From Deltaproteobacteria bacterium (GTDB lineage: Bacteria > UBA10199 > JADGCS01), in the NCBI GenBank assembly GCA_015228875.1, contig JADGCS010000007.1:1494-65493 (forward strand): a DNA stretch of 64,000 bases, in the 5' to 3' direction. The notes beneath the pieces were generated by a model, which did not search any database, was not told the DNA's origin, and worked only from the letters and a program-made list of their open reading frames with translations. The translations under genes and the position numbers were made by a program. Positions 47,713-55,861 of this stretch are shown here, piece by piece. Numbering within the stretch: position 1 is the stretch's first letter; each line of letters opens with the position of its first letter.

Positions 47713-47748
47713 CCTGGCACCAAAAAAAATTTGGCACCAAAAAAAATT
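47713..47748 (+). repeat. Tandem 18-bp direct repeat (C)CTGGCACCAAAAAAAAT x2 upstream of the paralog B gene
   Basis: Direct duplication is visible. Each unit carries a TGGCAC (-24-like) hexamer but no TTGC -12 element. Confidence 0.6.
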
Positions 47749-47961
47749 CATCGCGACTGTCAGTCAAAAAAACTTCCCAAAAAAAGAAAACAAATAATCA
47801 AGCAATATCCACAACATACAGGGTATAAAAAAAACAGGCAACACGCAGGCCCCTGGCGACGATATTCCTGGTATGTTTAGGAGCAAACATAAGGTCGGAT
47901 GTTTTTTGTATCCCTCTGACTTTTGTATTAAAAAATCACAAACAAAGGTAGCAATTTAAAA

Positions 47962-50709
47962 ATGAGTTTTCCAGCCGTCAACAACCTGCATCAAGCCCTT
48001 GCTCAGTCGCCATTTGCGGGTGCAGTTGCGCTTAACACAAGGCTGCCGACTGACCTTTTGTACGACTTTGGCACACTGCGACAGCTCGCAGTAATACTTT
48101 CCGGTCAGGATAAAGTTTTGGCTGCCGAGGTCAAGGCGGTCACTGCAATACCTCATCGAAAAAATACTCCGAGATTTGATCGGCAATGGAGTGACTGCGT
48201 GAGTCTTATCGCAGGCAGGCAGTCCGCAAGAAGACAACAGCCAGAAACAGGAGAGCAAACAGCCCTGACAGGCAACACCCTGATTGAAGCCGTCCAACGG
48301 CAACTCGATGATAGAACAACCAGACAAGAATGGATCTCCCGCGCACTCGCCAGGGTCGGGGCAAAACAACGCACCAAAGAGGTGGTACTTGCACACATCG
48401 AACCCGTTAACAATCTCAGACTGCAGCTTGGTCCTGTCAGCAACAGAGACTATCGTGTGCAATTAAATGAACAGGGTGAGCTTGTGGTCGTCACCATGGA
48501 ATGCCCCAGCTCGTTAAGAGTCTTCTCGATGCCCATTGTAGAGCACCTGCTGGGCATGGGACTCAGGGCGTATTTTTTCACACCCCCCGCTCCCGCAAGC
48601 CCCCTTTTTACCAAGGTCTCCGCCGCAGATATCGAAGGCATTCATTCCGTCGATCAGGAGGTTGAACTCAACGCAGAATTAATCAGGGCCTTACAAACAG
48701 CAGGGTTTAATAAACTCTCCCAAGATGCAGTAAAAAAATTGAGGGAAAGAAAAGGCCTTGACCCGCAAACACTTATAGACATTGCATTTGAAGTCTCGGA
48801 GACCCACAAACACACAGGGCTTCAACTTTTAAGCACCGCCTTAAAGGCCAAAATACAAGATAATCATAAATCACTTTATGCCTCATGGAAGTTATTCTGC
48901 AACCAACTGATTTCGATGGATAGCAAAGAGAAGGGCAAGCCAGTCCCGGTCTCGATGGAGGATCTACAAGAGACCATTCTACTGACATCCATCGAAAACC
49001 CAGATAGAAGAAAATGGTTCGAGGACGGCCTTAAGTCCCTTGGTGTCCCCAATCCCAAGGCCATACTGGATGAAAAGCCGATTGATCTTGACAAGAGAAA
49101 GGCCGTTTATATCAAGATAAGCAGAACCCCGGGCAACGCATTTCATCTAGACCTTGATGCACCCGTTGGCGCATCCTCCATGCTGCTTAATATCGGTGTC
49201 CCTCGTTCGGTGACACACTTAAGCAAAGATAACATAAAGCTCCTGGTCGCTCTTGCCATTGTTAAAGAGGCGTTTGGTGATTACAACTCGGATAATCTGA
49301 TCGCCGAAACTGTGACGCTACAAAGCCTCTCCTCACCAAAAGACCTGCTCAAACCCCTCGCGTCGATGACACTATCAGCAGATAGTTACCGCAGAATCAG
49401 TGCGGACAGCCTTTCAAGGGAGCAACAGAAAGAATTGCAGGCGGTGATCCATATGTTTAAAGCCCTCACGAGCGTTGCCGCCCAGCAACACGCAAAGGAA
49501 TCTGAGGGCAGTGTTTTTCGAACAGAAAAAAGATCTCACGAAAAAATAATCGCCGGCGTAGCAGACAAACTTGAGCCCTTGTTTGCCATCCCCCATGCAG
49601 AGCATTTTTTTAAGGCCCTGAGCAAATGCCACATTGCCGATTTTAATATCGCCATCACGGTTGATGACACGATTGAGGGCCCGGTTGTTTCTGCACGGGC
49701 CATGGCTAAAAAGATCACATTTTTTATTAAGTGTGCCCACAAGGACATCCCCCAAATTAATGCACAGACACTGATAGCCCTGGTCCTCAGGTTTTTTGAC
49801 CGCGGTCTTGCCTCATCAAACAAACTGTTTGATCCACCCACCGAGCCCGATTCGATCATGGCCCTCGCAGCGCTCGAGGTGCTTCAAGAATTTCTTGTTT
49901 CTCCCAACACACCGCCAGAGAGGCTTGCCGTCACCGGCAGCGACGAAACCAAGCCCGTCAGGCAGGCGCTTGGTCACGCCATGATGGCGCTGCACGATTT
50001 TAGTAAGAGAACCGACAACCCGCTCCTCGGACACTTAAGCACCAACATGCTTTCTGCCCAGCGTTATCATGTTCAGGTGTTGACCACCACAGATGACACC
50101 ACAACCATCACAGCCCTGCCAACAGACCGCGGTGTTTTTATACAGATTAAGGGCAAGCAACAAAACATTAACGCAAAACAGTGGCTCTATCTGTTAACGG
50201 TGCTGGCAGATAATCCCGGAAAAGCAGTCTGCATCTGCATCAGGGGCAATGATATCAGCATTGTTTTTGGAACCCACAAGGCTGGCCGTGACCTCTACGC
50301 CAGTATAATCAGCGACGTGCGGCTGTTACGGTTTGGGGTCTTTGATCCCGCTGCCAAGAGGCCACAGGTCTCTCCAAAATTCCCCGGCGACAAGGCGGCC
50401 GATGCACATCCAAACTTTATGCAGAGTCCCTTGGCTCTGCGGCGGGCCTATATCAAGGCATTGATCTGGTTTGCCTATGCCCAAATACCCGATGAGCTTA
50501 AACCAACGGCCACTGATACCCCGAATGAAATCAAACAGAAAAAAAAGGCCATGAGTTTTGCCTATCATCCGGACAGACTCGGTCAACAATATAGAGGGGC
50601 AGAACTGGCAGAAAAAGCAGAGTTGTTCAAAACAGCCAACACGCATTGGGATACTATTGAGGCCATGAATAACGTGAACACACAATTTAACACACCAACT
50701 GATGCATGA
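47962..50709 (+). CDS. Large hypothetical protein, paralog B, with a C-terminal J-domain-like region (HPD motif)
   Basis: 915 aa. Shares the N-terminus MSF(H/P)AVN(R/N)LHQAL and a long conserved C-terminal block (QWLYLLT…ADNPGKAV…IISDVRLLRF…RALIWFAYA…KAMSFAYHPD) with paralog A. Confidence 0.7.
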   Translation: MSFPAVNNLHQALAQSPFAGAVALNTRLPTDLLYDFGTLRQLAVILSGQDKVLAAEVKAVTAIPHRKNTPRFDRQWSDCVSLIAGRQSARRQQPETGEQTALTGNTLIEAVQRQLDDRTTRQEWISRALARVGAKQRTKEVVLAHIEPVNNLRLQLGPVSNRDYRVQLNEQGELVVVTMECPSSLRVFSMPIVEHLLGMGLRAYFFTPPAPASPLFTKVSAADIEGIHSVDQEVELNAELIRALQTAGFNKLSQDAVKKLRERKGLDPQTLIDIAFEVSETHKHTGLQLLSTALKAKIQDNHKSLYASWKLFCNQLISMDSKEKGKPVPVSMEDLQETILLTSIENPDRRKWFEDGLKSLGVPNPKAILDEKPIDLDKRKAVYIKISRTPGNAFHLDLDAPVGASSMLLNIGVPRSVTHLSKDNIKLLVALAIVKEAFGDYNSDNLIAETVTLQSLSSPKDLLKPLASMTLSADSYRRISADSLSREQQKELQAVIHMFKALTSVAAQQHAKESEGSVFRTEKRSHEKIIAGVADKLEPLFAIPHAEHFFKALSKCHIADFNIAITVDDTIEGPVVSARAMAKKITFFIKCAHKDIPQINAQTLIALVLRFFDRGLASSNKLFDPPTEPDSIMALAALEVLQEFLVSPNTPPERLAVTGSDETKPVRQALGHAMMALHDFSKRTDNPLLGHLSTNMLSAQRYHVQVLTTTDDTTTITALPTDRGVFIQIKGKQQNINAKQWLYLLTVLADNPGKAVCICIRGNDISIVFGTHKAGRDLYASIISDVRLLRFGVFDPAAKRPQVSPKFPGDKAADAHPNFMQSPLALRRAYIKALIWFAYAQIPDELKPTATDTPNEIKQKKKAMSFAYHPDRLGQQYRGAELAEKAELFKTANTHWDTIEAMNNVNTQFNTPTDA

Positions 50710-50745
50710 GTTGTTAATGCATTATTAATTTAAACATGCCAATGA

Positions 50746-52734
50746 TTGGCAGACAAGGAGAGAAAAATGTTACCCACAACCCCAAGAGTATTAACCGTAC
50801 AAACAATGCAGACCCCATCCGCCCTGATACAGGCCGTCAAGAGCACCTTTACAGACCTGCCAGACGCACCCGTCATGACACCGCACCAAACAGCAGAGTT
50901 CGAAAGGCTGGGGCACGCGCTTACAAGTCAAGGAGCAACAAAACACGGCATGGCATTGGTAAGAGCCTGCAGCAATACTGCTGCGGCTTCACCTGTAGAA
51001 TATACCAAACAGATAGTACGCGCTGTCGAAGCGCTCAGCAACGTTGAGACGCCCGCCTTTACCCTCGGCGGTGTGGCACTTGCAAAGGCTGGCGAGGTTT
51101 ATGGATTAAGACCTGAGCGGCAGGCGGATCCCACAAGTACCGAACTCACACAGCAATTGGATACGGGGTTAATAACTGAAACCCTTGATGTTGATATTGG
51201 CCATGATACTGGCAGCGAAAAGTTGGAAAAACCAGAGCCTGTTTTTTATCCCCACAATACAACACCCAAGGAAGAATCCGCCGTTGCCCTTGACCAGGCC
51301 ACCCTCGCAAGAGCAAGGACCAACATGGCAGAGGCAATGACTGCGCTTGCCAACGAATCCCCCATGCTCCCAGCCATGCTGCCCCTGCACCTTTCTGCCC
51401 TTATTATGGGAGAGATCAATGCCAATGTGGATCTGAGAACCGAGGCGGTCAGCTTTATTGCAGAGAGCGTCTACAATGCCACAATTTACGGTGCGGCTGT
51501 CATTGCCAATGTTGTCGATACAGGCCGCTTTCACCTGCCGCTCACCACAATCCCCGTCACCTGGAGCTCGCGCGTAGCCGACGAGGCACCACAGGTCGCA
51601 GATGCTATTGTCAATGGCATCGAAAATGTTCAAAATATCTTAAGAATAATAAGATCCTTGCGCGTAGCATACCCCGAGGCAATGGCATCACTGGCAACTG
51701 CTAATCCGGGTGCCTTTGGACCAGAGGCGCTCAGAGAACTTGGTAACATATATCAACTGCACGAATTGGCCGCCACACACCCGGCGCAAGACCTGGTGGA
51801 TTTTATCCTTGCAGGCGACATCCCCGTCCGATTTGTGAGCTTGGGGGAAGATCATGAGCTGATTAAGGTCAGGGCGCCGAGGTCTGATGGTCAACCCGTG
51901 AACTCAACACCAAGTGATTGGGCCGATCCCGTAAGCAATTTTTTGCAACGTGCGGATTGGACAGATTATGTGCGGACTTTCGATATCAAGGAATTCATTG
52001 CCGACTCCATGCCGACAGCATCCCAAGCAGAACAAAAAGTCCTTATCCATGTCCGTGAACTTGACTATCAAAGTAATCAAAGCAGGGCCTTCGAAATACT
52101 GTTGTCGAAAATCCTGCTTCCAAGACTCAAAGAGGAGGTCACAAGCCTCAACACATGGGGGATCACCCAGTTTGACATAGTCCCTGCAATGATAGAAGCA
52201 ATGATCGGGCGCGGTGAATACCAACAGGCACTGGTGCTCTATAATTTTACGCATAGCAGACTCCAGGAGATCTCTAACGCCGTGAACAGGATCGAATACC
52301 ATCAGGAGAGACTGTTCTTGATCGGAGAACGAAAGGCGCGCAATAAATTTCTTGCACTGGCCCGCCGGATGATTCGGGATGGCAATCTTGAGGCAGCACA
52401 ACGCCTCTCTCGTTCGATGGCCAGACAGGGCAGGGGCAGAGAGCCCGTGGTCAGGATAAAACAGGGGGCCCTCTCAAAACAACTGAGTTCAGTTGTTGCC
52501 TTCATTGCCGAGTCCATGAGGTCCTTGGGGGCGCTTCCCGCAGGCGAAGCCACACTCAGTCTCGCGAGTTCTGTGCCGTCCACAGCCTCTCTGATGGATT
52601 TCCGGAAATTCGACCCTCGGCTCAGCGTCGCTGATTACCTTGCGTTGTTTGGGATCCCTGCCCCGGGAAGCAAAGATGTACCCGCCCTTGGGGTTAGCGG
52701 GGCAACGGGATTTCGTGCAGGTAAAAGGCAATAG
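50746..52734 (+). CDS. Hypothetical protein (662 aa), last gene of the putative sigma-54 operon
   Basis: Long ORF with an AAGGAG RBS, 36 nt after the paralog B stop. No recognisable domain. Confidence 0.55.
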   Translation: MADKERKMLPTTPRVLTVQTMQTPSALIQAVKSTFTDLPDAPVMTPHQTAEFERLGHALTSQGATKHGMALVRACSNTAAASPVEYTKQIVRAVEALSNVETPAFTLGGVALAKAGEVYGLRPERQADPTSTELTQQLDTGLITETLDVDIGHDTGSEKLEKPEPVFYPHNTTPKEESAVALDQATLARARTNMAEAMTALANESPMLPAMLPLHLSALIMGEINANVDLRTEAVSFIAESVYNATIYGAAVIANVVDTGRFHLPLTTIPVTWSSRVADEAPQVADAIVNGIENVQNILRIIRSLRVAYPEAMASLATANPGAFGPEALRELGNIYQLHELAATHPAQDLVDFILAGDIPVRFVSLGEDHELIKVRAPRSDGQPVNSTPSDWADPVSNFLQRADWTDYVRTFDIKEFIADSMPTASQAEQKVLIHVRELDYQSNQSRAFEILLSKILLPRLKEEVTSLNTWGITQFDIVPAMIEAMIGRGEYQQALVLYNFTHSRLQEISNAVNRIEYHQERLFLIGERKARNKFLALARRMIRDGNLEAAQRLSRSMARQGRGREPVVRIKQGALSKQLSSVVAFIAESMRSLGALPAGEATLSLASSVPSTASLMDFRKFDPRLSVADYLALFGIPAPGSKDVPALGVSGATGFRAGKRQ

Positions 52735-52767
52735 TGTAAGGGTGATGATTCCCTCTCACGTTAATAG

Positions 52768-54051
52768 ATGACCCAGAACAAACCAATCTCCATCCGCACC
52801 GAGTTTATCGCGGGGGTGACCACTTTTTTTACGATGGCCTACATCGTTGTGGTCAACCCCTCTATTCTGGCATCGCCGGGCACGGGGATGAGTTTCTCCG
52901 GCGTCCTCACGGCAACGGTCCTGCTCTGCCTTGTGATGACGCTGTTTATGGGGCTGTATGCAAAGCTCCCCTTTGCCGTGGCCCCAGGCATGGGCATCAA
53001 CGCCTTTTTTACCTACACGGTGATTATAGGAAAAAATGTGCCCTGGCCCACAGCGCTGGGCACAGTGTTTTGGGCGGGTGTGCTCTTTGTCTTGATCTCG
53101 GTCACCCCTGCCCGCGTGGCCATTGCCAATGCGATTCCCAGGGGCCTGCGCTGCGCTGCTGCCGCGGGCATCGGGATTTTTTTGACATTCATCGGCCTCA
53201 AAAATGTGGGCTTTGTGGCGGCTGACCCTGTCACACTTGTCAAACTGGGCACCATCGATGCAAAAACGCTGCTGAGTTTTGCAGGCTTTGGGTTGATTAT
53301 TTTTCTGATGCACAAAAAAAGCCCGCTTGCCTTTTTGATCGGCATTTTTATGGTGACAGCACTCGCCTTGTCAGCCGGTTTTATTAATGCCCCCGCACGG
53401 TTTTTAAGCTGGCCCGACTTTGGTTCTGTTTTTTTTAAACTTGATATTTGGGGCTCCCTTAAACTTGCAGTCCTTCCGGTGATTGTCTCTATCATGCTGA
53501 CCGATTTGTTTGATTCTATTTCTACATTTGTCGGCGTGTCGCACGCCACAAAACTTTTTGATGCAAACGGGCAGCCTAAAAATTTAAAAGAGGGCCTTAT
53601 TGTTGACGCCTTTGCAACCATGGGGGCGGGTCTGTTTGGCACATCATCCGGAACGGCTTACATTGAGAGCGTTGCCGGGATCGAGATGGGAGGACGCACG
53701 GGGCTCACCAGCGTGTTTACCGCACTTTGTTTTATCCCCTGTTTTTTTATTGCCCCGCTTGCCGGCATGGTGCCTGCATTTGCGACAGCGCCGGTGCTCG
53801 TTATTGTTGGCGGGTTAATGTTTAAAAGCGTGCGTGACATCCCCCTGGATCATATCGAAGATATTTTGCCCGCTTTTTTGACAATCATTCTCATCCCGCT
53901 CACGTTTTCGATCACACAGGGGATCCTCTGGGGCATGATTGCCCATGTGGTCATGTACCTCATGACCGGCCGGCGCAAAGAGATAAAACCCATGCTGTAT
54001 GTCATTGCAGTGGTTGCCGTGGCACTGCTGGCGATCGAGCAGGGGTTTTGA
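52768..54051 (+). CDS. NCS2/AzgA-family purine (adenine/guanine/hypoxanthine) permease
   Basis: 427 aa, ~13 TM helices. AzgA-type N-terminal motif (EFIAGVTTFFTMAYIVVVNPSIL). Confidence 0.9.
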   Translation: MTQNKPISIRTEFIAGVTTFFTMAYIVVVNPSILASPGTGMSFSGVLTATVLLCLVMTLFMGLYAKLPFAVAPGMGINAFFTYTVIIGKNVPWPTALGTVFWAGVLFVLISVTPARVAIANAIPRGLRCAAAAGIGIFLTFIGLKNVGFVAADPVTLVKLGTIDAKTLLSFAGFGLIIFLMHKKSPLAFLIGIFMVTALALSAGFINAPARFLSWPDFGSVFFKLDIWGSLKLAVLPVIVSIMLTDLFDSISTFVGVSHATKLFDANGQPKNLKEGLIVDAFATMGAGLFGTSSGTAYIESVAGIEMGGRTGLTSVFTALCFIPCFFIAPLAGMVPAFATAPVLVIVGGLMFKSVRDIPLDHIEDILPAFLTIILIPLTFSITQGILWGMIAHVVMYLMTGRRKEIKPMLYVIAVVAVALLAIEQGF

Positions 54052-54085
54052 TGTCTTGTGAATCTGTGAGCGCGCGCAATGATCA

Positions 54086-54418
54086 TTGGGTTTTATGAAA
54101 AAAATCCTGCTTATTACCTTGAGCACTGCAGTGTTGGCTGTCCTTCTCACCGTGGTATTTTGGCCGTTTAATCGCCCGCGTTATTGGTTTTTGCCGCCCA
54201 TTGCCGTCGAATATTACGAGTGCTCCAAATGCGAAAGCATGGAGGGTGGGATCTACGGGAAAGGCCCATTTGAAAGATTCCGATCAAAAAAATCCAGGCT
54301 GTGTCTTCATCAGTGGCAACCCATCTCCCGTGCAAAATTTATTGAGCGGGCAAAGCAAAACTTCGGGGTCGATTTAACCAAAAATTGGTGGTGGGCCCAA
54401 GAAATGGAATTGCGATAA
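54086..54418 (+). CDS. Hypothetical small membrane-anchored protein
   Basis: 110 aa with an N-terminal TM helix and a CxxC pair. No family recognised. Confidence 0.35.
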   Translation: MGFMKKILLITLSTAVLAVLLTVVFWPFNRPRYWFLPPIAVEYYECSKCESMEGGIYGKGPFERFRSKKSRLCLHQWQPISRAKFIERAKQNFGVDLTKNWWWAQEMELR

Positions 54419-54576
54419 AAAGGCACTTAAACCAGATGGCGATCCCAAAGTCATGCTGGACATTCGAGAACTCTTCGGTCAATAACTGGGCGTAATGTTA
54501 AGATGAGATTAGCAATATTAAAAGCAATATAATTATATGGCTTTATTTGTGGCTATTATTTTACTAATGAGATACA

Positions 54577-54867
54577 ATGAAAATACCGGATTTTGAATGG
54601 GATGACCAAAAGAATAATGAAAATGTTACAAAACACGGCATTTCATTCTACGAAGCACAGTACGCCTTTAAAGATCCAAAGCGTGTTATCGCTGAAGACC
54701 TTGGGCATAGCGGCAAAGAAAAAAGATATTACTGTTTTGGTTCAGTCTCCAACGGGATTCTGACGGTAAGATTTACACACAGAAGCAATAAAATCCGAAT
54801 CTTTGGTGCCGGATACTGGCGCAAAGGAAAGGCTTTGTATGAAAAGGAAAATAAATTACACAAATGA
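54577..54867 (+). CDS. brnT: BrnT-family (DUF497) type II toxin
   Basis: 96 aa. DUF497 motifs (FEWDDQKNNENVTKHGISFYEAQYAFKDP…IRIFGAGYWRKGKALYE). Confidence 0.8.
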   Translation: MKIPDFEWDDQKNNENVTKHGISFYEAQYAFKDPKRVIAEDLGHSGKEKRYYCFGSVSNGILTVRFTHRSNKIRIFGAGYWRKGKALYEKENKLHK

Positions 54868-55075
54868 GCCAATCGGTGATCTCAATATTATCAAGGACTT
54901 TTTACCTTCTCCTGCCGATCTATGCTTTAATGACGACAACGTGAAGATCACCATTTCACTCAGCAAATCAAGTATTGATTTTTTTAAAAAACATGCAAAA
55001 AAGCACAAAACGCAATATCAAAAAATGATCAGAAAACTGCTTGATCTTTACGCTGTTCGTCACCAAAGAACGTAA
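54839..55075 (+). CDS. brnA: BrnA-family antitoxin (ribbon-helix-helix)
   Basis: ~78 aa starting MKRKINYT. It overlaps the brnT 3' end by 29 nt, as is typical for brnTA. Start chosen inside the longer track ORF. Confidence 0.75.
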   Translation: MKRKINYTNEPIGDLNIIKDFLPSPADLCFNDDNVKITISLSKSSIDFFKKHAKKHKTQYQKMIRKLLDLYAVRHQRT

Positions 55076-55099
55076 TATATCACTCGTGCAACAAGAGGG

Positions 55100-55846
55100 C
55101 TAGCGCGACCCACGATTTTGTCTTTTTCTAAGCTCCTTAAGGTTGTTGCTGGGAAATTCGTAATTATCAGGGGCCAGCGAAATTGACTTTTTCAACACAC
55201 GTTCGGCCTCATCTAATTGCCCTGCTTCTAATAAAGAATACCCCAAATCATTTAAATGAAAATAATTGTCTGGTTCCAGATCGTTTGCACGTCTGTGTTT
55301 TTTTACCGAATCTCCATAAAGCCCAAGTTTTCCCATACAATATCCCGATCCCACCAAATACAAGGCCTCATTTGGAAATGACTTCTCTGCGGCTAAATAC
55401 AATGTGAGGGCATTGGCGTAATCATGACAATCAATAAGAAAATCCCCGGCCTTATCGATAATAACACTCAAATCATCTTCATCTTCAGGCAATTTGGTAA
55501 GTGATAAAAACAGGTTCATGGCCTCATCTGGACGACCGACCTGATATTCTAATGAACCAACGGTCAGAATGGCTGGTGCATAAAGCGGATCAATGGCCAG
55601 TGATGCGAAAGCCTCAGGCCAATATGAGCTTCTAAGCCCTGTTCGACCCGCTTGTGCCAGAGCATTATTAAAAACATGACTGGCAACTTCCGAGTGATAC
55701 TGCCAATCTGCTGCATCCCTTCGTTGAGATTTTGTTTTTAAAGAGTTCTCGCGCCGCAGATCTGAGAGCTCTTGATCTTCTTTTATGAGGACAGAGAAGG
55801 ACTGTTTTTTAAATTTTGTGTGTCCATCTGTTTTCTTGCGTGCCAT
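55100..55846 (-). CDS. TPR-repeat protein
   Basis: 248 aa. Tandem TPR-like helical repeats (…ALTLYLAAEKSFPNEALYLVGSGYCMGKLGLYGDSVKKHRRANDLEPDN…). Confidence 0.6.
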   Translation of the reverse strand: MARKKTDGHTKFKKQSFSVLIKEDQELSDLRRENSLKTKSQRRDAADWQYHSEVASHVFNNALAQAGRTGLRSSYWPEAFASLAIDPLYAPAILTVGSLEYQVGRPDEAMNLFLSLTKLPEDEDDLSVIIDKAGDFLIDCHDYANALTLYLAAEKSFPNEALYLVGSGYCMGKLGLYGDSVKKHRRANDLEPDNYFHLNDLGYSLLEAGQLDEAERVLKKSISLAPDNYEFPSNNLKELRKRQNRGSR

Positions 55847-55861
55847 ATTTTAAACCTCTTT

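Noticed and set aside
47713-47748. Duplicated TGGCAC motifs as sigma-54 promoters for paralog B
   Set aside because: Each has the -24 GG element but no TTGC -12 element at the required 5-nt spacing. They are recorded as repeats rather than promoters.
52756-53642. Two minus-strand ORFs (185 and 209 aa)
   Set aside because: Both are antisense to the NCS2 permease gene, which has an unmistakable family signature. They are shadow ORFs.
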